From positions 103,746 to 167,745 of the forward strand of contig CAMECJ010000003.1 of NCBI GenBank assembly GCA_945913025.1: DNA of 64,000 nucleotides, given 5' to 3'. The notes under the pieces are model-generated. The model saw only the letters and a list, made by a program, of their open reading frames with translations, did no database searches and was not told where the DNA came from. The first letter of the stretch is position 1, and the number at the start of each line of letters is the position of its first letter. The DNA comes from an uncultured Elusimicrobia bacterium. GTDB taxonomy: Bacteria; Elusimicrobiota; Elusimicrobia; Elusimicrobiales; Elusimicrobiaceae. Positions 28,240 through 37,424 of the stretch are shown in pieces. A program made the position numbers and the translations under genes.

Positions 28240-29393
28240 TGTCCACCGTTACGCCTATTGTAAAAAATATTTTAATCGTCGCCGGAGATGTGTCCGGGGA
28301 TTTGCACGCCGCAGGGCTTATCCGCGCCCTAAAAGAAGCCGATCCGGACGTACGCATTACCTCCGTCGGCGGGAAAAATATGCAGGCGGTAAGCGACGAG
28401 TTTCTCTTCGACCTCGCCGGCAAAGGGGCGCACGGATTTATTGAACCGCTTAAAAAAATGCCGATGTGGATCCGCCTGTTAAACCAACTCCGCGACTATA
28501 TGGAAACCAAAAATCCCGTCGCGCTGATTGTGGTGGATTTTTACGGATTTAATCATCAAGTGTTGGGAATGGCCAAGCACCGCAATATTCCCGCATACTA
28601 CTACGTTACGCCGCAGGTATGGGCCAGCCGCCAATACCGCGCCAAACGCTTAGCGGCACTTACAAAAAAAATGTTCGTCATTTACCCCTTTGAACCCGAA
28701 TTTCACCAAAAATTCGGCGGCAACGCCGTGTTTTTGGGCAATCCGCTGCTAGATATTATGCCGCTTCCGGCGGAAAAGAGTTACGACGTCTCCGACCATA
28801 AAAATCACGCGTGGAAACTGGGTATGCTGCCCGGAAGCCGGATGGGCGAAATCAAACGCCTGACGCCGGTGTTCTATCAAGCGTTTAAACAAACGCTTAA
28901 AGAATTTCCCAACACGCAGGCATATATGTTCCTGTTGCCGGACGCCGATGAACAAGTGTTTTTGGATTTAATAGGCGAAAAACCGCACGATAATTTTCAC
29001 TTGGTAAAGGATAAGAATTACGGGCTCCGTTCGCAAATGGATTTTTTACTGGCCTGCTCCGGCACCGCCACCCTGGAAAACGCGCTGTTGGGCGTGCCGA
29101 TGGTAGTGGCGTACAAGCTGTTCTGGCCGACGTACCAAATTGCCAAGATGGTAATTAAAGTGCCGTATATTTCGCTTGTGAATTTGCTCAGCCGCAAAGA
29201 AGTGGTTAAAGAGCTGATCCAACAAGACGCTTCCGCGCGCGCATTGGCTGCAGAAACGATGGCGATGTTCCAAAACCCGCAAAAACTGGCGGACATGCGC
29301 GAAGAACTGTTAAAACTGCGCGCCTCCCTTGGGAAGAGCGGAGTCGCTAAACGCGCCGCGCAGGAAATTTTAGATGATTTAAAGCAAAACTGA
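28239..29393 (+). CDS. lpxB: Lipid-A-disaccharide synthase
   Basis: AGDVSGDLH, PQVWASR, LPGSR and SGTATLE motifs. Confidence 0.95.
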   Translation: MSTVTPIVKNILIVAGDVSGDLHAAGLIRALKEADPDVRITSVGGKNMQAVSDEFLFDLAGKGAHGFIEPLKKMPMWIRLLNQLRDYMETKNPVALIVVDFYGFNHQVLGMAKHRNIPAYYYVTPQVWASRQYRAKRLAALTKKMFVIYPFEPEFHQKFGGNAVFLGNPLLDIMPLPAEKSYDVSDHKNHAWKLGMLPGSRMGEIKRLTPVFYQAFKQTLKEFPNTQAYMFLLPDADEQVFLDLIGEKPHDNFHLVKDKNYGLRSQMDFLLACSGTATLENALLGVPMVVAYKLFWPTYQIAKMVIKVPYISLVNLLSRKEVVKELIQQDASARALAAETMAMFQNPQKLADMREELLKLRASLGKSGVAKRAAQEILDDLKQN

Positions 29394-29396
29394 CCG

Positions 29397-30851
29397 ATGC
29401 CACAAGCCCCCGACTTGCAGACCTTGCTGCGTAAATTCAAGGAATATAGCCCGAACCAAGATACTTCTCTGATCGAGAAGGCCTATCGTTTCGCCGAAAA
29501 AGCACACGCCGCCCAAAAACGCGAAAGCGGCGAGCCGTATTTTACCCACTGCCAAAATGTAGCTAGTATTCTGATGGATTTTAATCTGGACGCGGACACC
29601 ATCTGCGCGGGGCTTCTGCACGACACGGTGGAAGATACTTCCGTTTCCTTAGAAGACTTACGGCGGGAATTTAACAACCAAATTGCCCACATGGTACAGG
29701 GCGTAACCAAAATCAGCGATTTAAAATTTTCCTCCACCGACGAAGAAACCGTGGAAAACTGGCGCAAAATGCTCATCGCTGTGGCGGAGGACGTGCGCGT
29801 TATTCTCATCAAGCTGGCGGACCGCACCCACAATATGCGCACTATGGAAGTAATGCCGCCCGAAAAACAAAAATTTAAAGCATACGAAACAATCTCGCTT
29901 TACGCGCCGCTGGCGCAGCGCCTCGGGATGTTTACCATTAAAACGGACCTGGAGGACTTGTCTTTCAAATACCTACACCCCCAAGAGTATGCGGACATCA
30001 AACAACAAGTGGAAGCCCGCACCGCTGACCGCCAAGCCGCGCTTGATAATTTTAAAAAACATTTGGAACCGGCTTTAACCGCCGGCAAAATGGAATACCG
30101 CATTTTGGCGCGCGCCAAAAACTACTATTCCATTTACCGTAAAATGCAAAAACACCACTGTACGTTTGCGGAAATACAGGATTCGCTGGGTGTACGCATC
30201 ATCACCAAAACCTTAGCCGACTGTTATAAAGCCCTAGGCCTTGTGCACAATGTATTCAAACCTATCGCCGGCACGTTTACCGACTACATCGCCACCCCCA
30301 AAGCCAATATGTACCAAAGTATCCACACCACGGTGCTGTCTCCTACCGGAGATATCATTGAAATCCAAATCCGCACCGAAGAAATGCACCGTACCTGCGA
30401 ATACGGTATCGCGGCGCACTGGCGGTACAAAATGGGCGGCGTGAAGCAGGACAAAAATTTTGATGAAAAAATCAACTGGATCCGCCGCTGGATTGAATGG
30501 CAGCAGGATTTAACCGCCCCGCGCGAATTTTTGGAAGGATTTAAAACAGACGTTAACCTGCAGCAGATTTTTGTGTTTACGCCGCGCGCGGACGTAAAAT
30601 CCCTGCCGGAAGGTTCCACGCCCATTGACTTTGCCTACGCCATTCATACCGACATCGGCGACCATTACGTGGGCGCAAAAGTAAACAACCGCATGGTACG
30701 CATGGACTACGCCTTTAAAACGGGCGACGTATGCGAAATCATTACCCGCAAAAACGGACAGCCCAAGCGCGACTGGTTAGAGTTCGCCAAAACAGCGGGC
30801 GCGCGCAGCCACATCAAACGTTTTTTACGCAGTAAAGGAATTGAATTATGA
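29397..30851 (+). CDS. rel: RelA/SpoT homolog: hydrolase + synthetase + TGS, no distal C-terminal domains
   Basis: RESGEPYFTH, LLHDTVED, KLADRTHN, YQSIHT, EIQIRT, AAHWRYK and TGS (DFAYAIHT) motifs; 484 aa. Confidence 0.92.
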   Translation: MPQAPDLQTLLRKFKEYSPNQDTSLIEKAYRFAEKAHAAQKRESGEPYFTHCQNVASILMDFNLDADTICAGLLHDTVEDTSVSLEDLRREFNNQIAHMVQGVTKISDLKFSSTDEETVENWRKMLIAVAEDVRVILIKLADRTHNMRTMEVMPPEKQKFKAYETISLYAPLAQRLGMFTIKTDLEDLSFKYLHPQEYADIKQQVEARTADRQAALDNFKKHLEPALTAGKMEYRILARAKNYYSIYRKMQKHHCTFAEIQDSLGVRIITKTLADCYKALGLVHNVFKPIAGTFTDYIATPKANMYQSIHTTVLSPTGDIIEIQIRTEEMHRTCEYGIAAHWRYKMGGVKQDKNFDEKINWIRRWIEWQQDLTAPREFLEGFKTDVNLQQIFVFTPRADVKSLPEGSTPIDFAYAIHTDIGDHYVGAKVNNRMVRMDYAFKTGDVCEIITRKNGQPKRDWLEFAKTAGARSHIKRFLRSKGIEL

Positions 30852-31150
30852 TTTGCCCCAAATGCCGTTTTGAGTGCGAAGAAACCGATAACTTCTGCCG
30901 CCGCTGCGGCAAGAGCCTGAAAGCCGGTACGGGGTTCTTGTACACCCATTCCGGCATTATTCTGCTGGCCGTCATCCTTGGGCCGTTTGCGCTGCCCGCC
31001 GTATGGGGGTCCAAACTCATCGGTACGGCCGCCAAGTGGATTTATACCGCGGTTCTGCTGGTTATCGGCTTCTATTTAGCCGTCGCCTGCTGGCACGCCT
31101 ACCTGCTCGCCGCCCAAGCCGCACAGGCTTTTTTGGGAGCGGGACTGTAA
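30848..31150 (+). CDS. Zinc-ribbon membrane protein
   Basis: CPKC...FCRRCG followed by two TM helices. Confidence 0.75.
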   Translation: MICPKCRFECEETDNFCRRCGKSLKAGTGFLYTHSGIILLAVILGPFALPAVWGSKLIGTAAKWIYTAVLLVIGFYLAVACWHAYLLAAQAAQAFLGAGL

Positions 31151-31222
31151 GTTTTTCCCGCCGCATTACTCCATATTTAGTACAATATAGAGTACCCTTT
31201 TGAAACCAATAAGGAGAAATAA

Positions 31223-32608
31223 ATGACAGACAGTGAAGTGAAACACAACGTGACCAAGCACGGCCATCCGAAAGCATTGTATATGCTGTTTATGGTCGAA
31301 ATGTGGGAACGTTTTAACTACTATGGTATGAGAGCTCTTCTGTCGCTCTTCATGATCAGCACCGTAATTGGATTCACGAAAGCGACGTCCAGCAAAATCT
31401 ACGGTATGTTTACGGCCTTGGTCTACCTGACCCCCGTACTCGGCGGTTATCTGGCTGACCGTTTCATCGGCAAACGCCATTCCATTACTATCGGCGCCCT
31501 TTTAATGGCCGCCGGTCAGTTTGCGTTGGCCTCTTACGAAATCATTAACCCGATTTTAGCCTTGGGCACCGGTCTTACGCTCATCATTATCGGCAACGGT
31601 TTCTTTAAACCCAATATTTCCGCCATCGTCGGTGAACTCTACGAGCCCAACGACCCCAGAAGAGATTCCGGTTTTACCATCTTCTATATGGGCATTAACT
31701 TGGGCGCGTTCTTTGCGCCGTTTATCTGCGGATTCTTGGGCGAACCGCAAGACCCGTCCAATATCTTGGAAGCCTACAAATGGAAATACGGCTTTATGGC
31801 CGCCGGCGCGGGGATGATTATCGGCCTTGTGTGGTATTTGGTTTCCCAAAATAAATACTTGGGCCACATCGGCCTGCATCCCGTAACCAAAAACAAACAG
31901 GATGAAGACCCCGAAGAAAGAGCCAAAGCCGAAGCCGCCAATAAGCCGCTTACGCAGGAAGAATGGGATAAAATTAAAGCGATTTTCACTTTCGTTTTCT
32001 TTGCCGTATTCTTCTTTGCCTTCTTTGAACAGGCGGGTACTTCGCTAAACTTCTTTGCCAAAGAAGCCACCAACCTGCACCCCGTACTGCCGTTTATCGG
32101 CGAAATCACGCTGAAAGCTTCTTACTTTCAGGCGGTCAATCCGATTTTCGTGCTGCTATTTGCGCCGATTTTTGCCAAAATGTGGATTAAAATGGGTTCC
32201 AAAGATCCGTCTATTCCGAGCAAATTCGGCTGGGGTTTGTTCCTGCAAGGGTTGGGATTCGCCGCTATTGCGGTGGGTGCGGCCTTGTATCAGGCGAACG
32301 GCCCTGTCAGCGCGATTTGGCTGATTTTAGTCTATATGTTCTGCACGATGGGCGAACTGTGCTTGTCCCCCGTCGGCTTATCAATGGTAACAAAATTGGC
32401 CCCGCTGAAATTTATGTCCCTGTTTATGGGCGTATGGCTGACCGCCAGCTTCTTCGGCAACCTGCTTGCCGGATGGCTTGCCAGCTACTACGAATCGTGG
32501 AGTCTTACCACGCTGTTCTCCGTTCCGGCGGTATGTTCTATTTTGTTCGGCGTAATTATGTGGATTATGACGGGCAAAATCAAACGCTGGATGCACGGCA
32601 TACACTAA
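31223..32608 (+). CDS. POT/PTR family peptide:H+ symporter
   Basis: EMWERFNYYGM, GNGFFKPN, FYMGINLG and GELCLSPVG motifs. Confidence 0.95.
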   Translation: MTDSEVKHNVTKHGHPKALYMLFMVEMWERFNYYGMRALLSLFMISTVIGFTKATSSKIYGMFTALVYLTPVLGGYLADRFIGKRHSITIGALLMAAGQFALASYEIINPILALGTGLTLIIIGNGFFKPNISAIVGELYEPNDPRRDSGFTIFYMGINLGAFFAPFICGFLGEPQDPSNILEAYKWKYGFMAAGAGMIIGLVWYLVSQNKYLGHIGLHPVTKNKQDEDPEERAKAEAANKPLTQEEWDKIKAIFTFVFFAVFFFAFFEQAGTSLNFFAKEATNLHPVLPFIGEITLKASYFQAVNPIFVLLFAPIFAKMWIKMGSKDPSIPSKFGWGLFLQGLGFAAIAVGAALYQANGPVSAIWLILVYMFCTMGELCLSPVGLSMVTKLAPLKFMSLFMGVWLTASFFGNLLAGWLASYYESWSLTTLFSVPAVCSILFGVIMWIMTGKIKRWMHGIH

Positions 32609-32623
32609 GTTTTACAGACACAC

Positions 32624-32655
32624 AAAAAACCCCGCTCAAAAGAGCGGGGTTTTTT
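32624..32655. terminator. Bidirectional terminator between the POT transporter and pilin 4
   Basis: AAAAAACCCCGCTC/AAAA/GAGCGGGGTTTTTT. Confidence 0.85.
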
Positions 32656-32668
32656 ATTATTTTCCACA

Positions 32669-33145
32669 TCAATACATGGGATAATACAAAGTGCTTACAG
32701 CCGGGTCTTTGGGGCCGTAGGAACGGCACAGTTTTTCGCCCGCCGGAGTTAGTGGATTACACATAATTTTATCGTACAAAGGAGTATTTGGGGAAAGCCA
32801 GCCGTTAATTTGGTAATCGTTGGTTAAACGTTGGCAATCAAAATGAAAAGAGGGATCCGTACCTGACTGGTGAATATAAATGTGGAAATTTTTAGTGTAT
32901 AGGTGCTGGCCGGACGCGCCGACGGAAGAGATATCCAACTCATCAAAACTTTCCGCGTACCGCCCATTAGCCATATAATATACTTTTTGCGCGTTCATGA
33001 ATGCCCGTACAAGTGTTACCGCCTCCGACGCGCGGGATTTCTCCACCGCCAGCGTATACTGTGGCAGCGCAACAGCCGCTAAAATACCGATAATTAAAAC
33101 GACTACTAACAGCTCGATAAGCGTAAATCCGCGTTTTTTATGCAT
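32669..33145 (-). CDS. Type IV pilin-like protein 4
   Basis: MHKKRG|[24 protein letters not shown]. Confidence 0.92.
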   Translation of the reverse strand: MHKKRGFTLIELLVVVLIIGILAAVALPQYTLAVEKSRASEAVTLVRAFMNAQKVYYMANGRYAESFDELDISSVGASGQHLYTKNFHIYIHQSGTDPSFHFDCQRLTNDYQINGWLSPNTPLYDKIMCNPLTPAGEKLCRSYGPKDPAVSTLYYPMY

Positions 33146-33181
33146 GGGATATATCCCCCCTCTTATACAGGAATTATCCCC

Positions 33182-33209
33182 ATGTTATCAAAAAAAAAAA
33201 ACGGGTCAA
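33182..33209 (-). promoter_or_regulatory. Poly-T-spacer promoter of pilin 4 (T12, 16-bp spacer)
   Basis: TTGACC-CG-T12-GA-TAACAT; A run at 33190-33201. Confidence 0.8.
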
Positions 33210-33256
33210 GGCTTTCTTCTTACTTTTTGAGTCGCCAAAAAGTAAGCAAAAAACTC

Positions 33257-33374
33257 GCAGGCCGCACCCATAAAATCCAGTTCCGCACGGCGCATTTTAC
33301 AACTCGCCTATGGCTCGGACAAATAAAATGCTTTCTCCGTACGGAACGGATTTTATAGACAGGTTAAGGCCTGC
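33257..33374. repeat. Long imperfect palindrome with central AACTCGC..GCTC..ACA core
   Basis: Arms 33270-33299 and 33324-33356; outer GCAGGCC/GGCCTGC. Confidence 0.65.
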
Positions 33375-33401
33375 CAAACAACAAAGATAGATAAGCGGAA
33401 A

Positions 33402-33428
33402 ATTCCCGACTATACCCTCGGGAATGAC
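33402..33428 (+). repeat. ATTCCC...GGGAATGAC half element
   Basis: ATTCCCGA-CTATACCC-TCGGGAATGAC. Confidence 0.7.
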
Positions 33429-33600
33429 GGCAAACAGAAAATGCTGTGCAGATTAGAATAACATTACGAAAGATTATATGATTTTTCAAAACCGTTTTTA
33501 GTTGGCAGGATGTAGTTGCCCGTATAGGCGTGGCCGTAGCCACGTCAAGGACAAGGCTCGCACAAGATAACAGAATTTGGCAAATTGTTGGCCCTTAAAA

Positions 33601-33638
33601 GCAACGAAACGCAAAGAATTTTTCTTTGCGTTTCGTGC
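33601..33638 (-). terminator. Long hairpin, likely terminator after pcrA
   Basis: GCAACGAAACGCAAAGAA/TT/TTTCTTTGCGTTTCGTGC-type stem. Confidence 0.6.
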
Positions 33639-33668
33639 GTATGACAAAAAGTTACCAACAACCGTCCC

Positions 33669-36173
33669 TTATAATATCTCAAGCGGGGCGAATTTCAGCA
33701 TAAACGTCCGCCTCACTCCGTTGCCAAACACTACCGTAATTTTGGCACTGTCGCCGGATCCGGCTATCTGCACGATTTTGCCCTGCCCGAATACGCCGTG
33801 CTTCACCATACCGCCCACGGCCACGCCGTCGGCGTTTTTTTCGGCCGGAGCGGAATTTTGCGGTTTGGATGCGGAAGAACCCGCTCCGGAGGACGCATAT
33901 CCGCCGGAACGCGGCGAAGACGAAGGCCGGTTAAACGACGGCCGCGCATACAGCGAACCCAAGCCGGATGAACCGTACGACGAGGACGTATAATCCAAAT
34001 CATCATCCTCAATTTCGTAGCCGTCTTGGTCGTATTTTTTCTGAAAGCGGCTCTTGCTGGCGTACCCTTCAAAAGTTTGGTAGCGGTTGTTGCCGCCGAA
34101 ATTATTTTTGCCGCGGGAATATCCGCCGCCGTAGTTTCCGCCGCGGTACGGGCCCGAAGCACCCGCCCCGTACAGGCCGTATTTGGACTGGTAGTCGGTA
34201 TAGCGCGGCTGGGAAGATTCGCGCACTTCGTTTTCGTCCAACAGTCCGCTTTCAAACAAAAAGCGCGAAGGCAGATTATTCTGCAGCTGACCGAATTTGC
34301 GGCGGGCCTGCGAATACGTCAAATACAGCCGCTTGCGCGCGCGCGTCATCGCCACGTAGCAGAGGCGGCGTTCTTCTTCCAGTTCGTCCTCGTTGTCGCG
34401 CGAAATGGGAAATAAATTTTCTTCAAGGCCGGTAACGAACACATCGTCAAACTCCAGCCCTTTGGCCAGGTGCACCGTCATCAGCGTGACGGCTCCGCCT
34501 TCGCCCGCATTGGAATCGTCCTCGCCGGACAGAAGCGAAATTTCCTGTAAGAAATCGGCCACGGACGGCTCTTTTTCGCCTTTTTTACAACGGTCCTCGT
34601 ATTCTTTTACGGCGTTGATAAGCGCGTCCAAGTTCTGCAGGCGGGATTCAGCCTCGGGATCTTTTTCCATTTCGGCTTTGACCGCGTCCATATAGCCGGA
34701 TTCCACCAAAATTTTATGGAAGATATCCGCCGGATCCGTCAGCAGCATATCGCCGCGCCAGTTTTCAAACAACCGCACCAGTTTGACGGCCGCCTTGCAC
34801 GCTATGGAACTGAGTCCGGGCACATACGCGGCTTTTTTAAGGGCGTCGTACAAAGACAGATGATTCTCTTCCGCATACGCCGTCAAGCGGTCCTGTGCCA
34901 CTTTGCCAAGGCCGCGCGAAGGCGTGTTGATAATACGCAAGAGGCTTACGTTATCGGCCGGATTAACAAGCATACGCGCGTAGCACATAATGTCTTTAAT
35001 TTCCTTACGGTCGTAGAAGCGCACGGTACCGACTAAGCGGTACGGAATTTGGTAACGGCGGAAGGTTTCTTCGAAATTACGGCTCTGCGCGTTGGTGCGG
35101 TAGAAAACGGCGATATCTTTTAAGCTTGCGCCTTCCTCGTCCACCAAGTTTTTGATGTTTTGGCTGACCCAGCGGGCTTCTTCGCCCTCGGAATGGGCTT
35201 CGCGCACGATGATCGGGTCGCCGGATTCCTTATCGGTAAACAAACTTTTTTCTTTGCGTTTTTTATTCTTGGTAATCAGTTTGTTGGATGCATCCAAAAT
35301 CACTTTGGTGGAGCGGTAATTCTGCTCGAGCGTAATGGTTTTGGTGTCTTGGAAATCTTTTTCAAACTCCAGAATGTTGCGGATGTTCGCACCGCGCCAC
35401 GAGTAAATGCTCTGGTCCGGGTCGCCCACCACGCACAGCTTGCGGTTTTTGGCGGCCAACATTTTGGTAATTAAGTATTGGGTATGGTTGGTGTCCTGAT
35501 ACTCGTCCACCAGAATATACTGGAAAAATTCCTGGTAGTAGGAACGGATATCTTCGTGGTCGCGCAGCAAAACGACGGTTTTTACCAAAAGATCTCCGAA
35601 ATCGAGCGCGCCCGCCTCTTTGAGTTTCTGCTCGTAACGACGGTACACTTCGGCGATGCAGATTTTGAAATCCAGCCCGCTGGCCGTCGCGCTTTGCATT
35701 AACGTATCGGGCGAAACCATATCGTCCTTGGCGCGGGAAATCTGGCTGACGATTTGGCTGATTTCTTTTTTGGGATCCTTAATGCCCATTTGTTCCAAAA
35801 TCAGGCTGACCACTTTCTTTTGGTCCGAATCGTCGTAAATGGCGAAATCGCGCGAGAGGCCCAGCGCGCCCGCGTGCTGCCTGAGAATACGCACGCCGAA
35901 CGAGTGGAACGTGTGAATCCATACGCGGCTGCCCGCACCGGCCACAAGCGCTTCCACGCGTTCGCGCATTTCCTGTGCGGCTTTGTTGGTAAACGTAACG
36001 GCCAAAATACGGGACGGATTACACCCGTCCGCAATCAGCTTGGCAATTTTTGTCGTCAGCGTTTTGGTTTTGCCCGTTCCGGCGCCGGCCACGATAAGGC
36101 ACGGGCCGTCGTTATAATTGACGGCTTCCAACTGCTGGGGATTTAACGAGTTTAGAGAGTCTTGTAAAGTCAT
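33669..36173 (-). CDS. pcrA: ATP-dependent DNA helicase PcrA/UvrD
   Basis: AGAGTGKT, DEYQDTN, VVGDPDQSIY, EEERRLCYVA and C-terminal HGVFGQG motifs; start MTLQD at 36173. Confidence 0.95.
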   Translation of the reverse strand: MTLQDSLNSLNPQQLEAVNYNDGPCLIVAGAGTGKTKTLTTKIAKLIADGCNPSRILAVTFTNKAAQEMRERVEALVAGAGSRVWIHTFHSFGVRILRQHAGALGLSRDFAIYDDSDQKKVVSLILEQMGIKDPKKEISQIVSQISRAKDDMVSPDTLMQSATASGLDFKICIAEVYRRYEQKLKEAGALDFGDLLVKTVVLLRDHEDIRSYYQEFFQYILVDEYQDTNHTQYLITKMLAAKNRKLCVVGDPDQSIYSWRGANIRNILEFEKDFQDTKTITLEQNYRSTKVILDASNKLITKNKKRKEKSLFTDKESGDPIIVREAHSEGEEARWVSQNIKNLVDEEGASLKDIAVFYRTNAQSRNFEETFRRYQIPYRLVGTVRFYDRKEIKDIMCYARMLVNPADNVSLLRIINTPSRGLGKVAQDRLTAYAEENHLSLYDALKKAAYVPGLSSIACKAAVKLVRLFENWRGDMLLTDPADIFHKILVESGYMDAVKAEMEKDPEAESRLQNLDALINAVKEYEDRCKKGEKEPSVADFLQEISLLSGEDDSNAGEGGAVTLMTVHLAKGLEFDDVFVTGLEENLFPISRDNEDELEEERRLCYVAMTRARKRLYLTYSQARRKFGQLQNNLPSRFLFESGLLDENEVRESSQPRYTDYQSKYGLYGAGASGPYRGGNYGGGYSRGKNNFGGNNRYQTFEGYASKSRFQKKYDQDGYEIEDDDLDYTSSSYGSSGLGSLYARPSFNRPSSSPRSGGYASSGAGSSASKPQNSAPAEKNADGVAVGGMVKHGVFGQGKIVQIAGSGDSAKITVVFGNGVRRTFMLKFAPLEIL

Positions 36174-36203
36174 CCTGCTTCCTGTCGGGCGGCAGCCCAA
36201 AAA

Positions 36204-37424
36204 TCATTTCAGTTTTAGTTGCACAAACGTCTCGATATGATCGCTGTGCGGAAAGAAATCAAACGCTTCCGCGTGCAGAATTTCGTAATGCTGCGTCAGA
36301 ATTTTGAGATCGTTTGCCAGCGTGACGGGATTGCACGAAATGTACAGTACATTTTCCACGCCCGATTCGGCCACCGCCTTGGCCGCGCGCGGGTGCATAC
36401 CGCCGCGGGGCGGGTCCAGAATAATCAGCGCGTCTTTGCGTTCAATGGGCTGTTCTTTGACGAAATCTTCCACTCTGGCGCAGAAAAACTGCACGTTGGA
36501 AACGCCGTTTAATTTGGCGTTTTCAATGCCATTGTAAATGGCGGGGGCCACGCTTTCCACGCATACGCTTTTTTCGCACAAGTCCGCGCAGGAAAGCGAA
36601 AAACTGCCCGCGCCGCCGTATAAATCGTAAATGCGTTTGGGGGCGATTTTCTTAACAATTCCCCGCACGCGGGAGTACATTTTTTGCGCCGTTTTGGTGT
36701 TGGTTTGGAAAAACGACTGCGGGGAAAGTTTAAATGTCACCTCGCGCACCGTTTTGCCCGCTTCGTCCGTCAACATAATTTTTTCAAAAATATGGTCTTT
36801 GCCTTTCAGCACGCGCAGAGACTCCGGCGCGGCCGTATCGGCCAGCCCGTTGTTGACGGCTGCCATAATGTTAGCGTTCGGCAATACGCTCTCCACGGCT
36901 TCTACAAAGGTTTTTTCGTTGAAATCGTCCGTCACGAACAGGACCACGATTTCTTCCCCCGTGTTTTTGCCTTCGCGCAGCATCAGGTGGCGCAAAACGC
37001 CGGTATGTTTGCGCTGGTCGTAATATTCCAAATTTTCCTGTTTCGCCCACGCGCGAAGCGCGGTTAAAAGAGGGACGAGTTTTTCGTTAAACAGCGCGCA
37101 CTCTTCGATATCCACCGCGCGGTCCCAACGGCCTTTGAGCTTGAATCCGAGCGTCTGCTCAAACTCCAGCGGGCGGGTTTTGTTGGCGGGGTCCTTTTTA
37201 TCGTAATCGTCGCGCCATTTGACTTGGTGACAAAACCCGAGTTCCACTTTATTGCGGAAATTTTTGGGTTCGTCCGTCACCGTAACGGGGATCTCTTCCG
37301 TCCAGAAATCTTGTAAAATTTCCTGAAGTTTGGCGCGTTTTTTGGCCACCTGTTCTTCGTAAGGCAGGTTTAAAAGCGAGCAGCCGCCGCAGACGCCGAA
37401 ATGTTTACAAGTAATGTTAGGCAT
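36204..37424 (-). CDS. rlmD: 23S rRNA m5U methyltransferase (RlmD/RumA family)
   Basis: CKHFGVCGGC, SFFQTN, DLYGGAG, DPPR, YISCNP and DFFPHS motifs. Confidence 0.9.
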   Translation of the reverse strand: MPNITCKHFGVCGGCSLLNLPYEEQVAKKRAKLQEILQDFWTEEIPVTVTDEPKNFRNKVELGFCHQVKWRDDYDKKDPANKTRPLEFEQTLGFKLKGRWDRAVDIEECALFNEKLVPLLTALRAWAKQENLEYYDQRKHTGVLRHLMLREGKNTGEEIVVLFVTDDFNEKTFVEAVESVLPNANIMAAVNNGLADTAAPESLRVLKGKDHIFEKIMLTDEAGKTVREVTFKLSPQSFFQTNTKTAQKMYSRVRGIVKKIAPKRIYDLYGGAGSFSLSCADLCEKSVCVESVAPAIYNGIENAKLNGVSNVQFFCARVEDFVKEQPIERKDALIILDPPRGGMHPRAAKAVAESGVENVLYISCNPVTLANDLKILTQHYEILHAEAFDFFPHSDHIETFVQLKLK

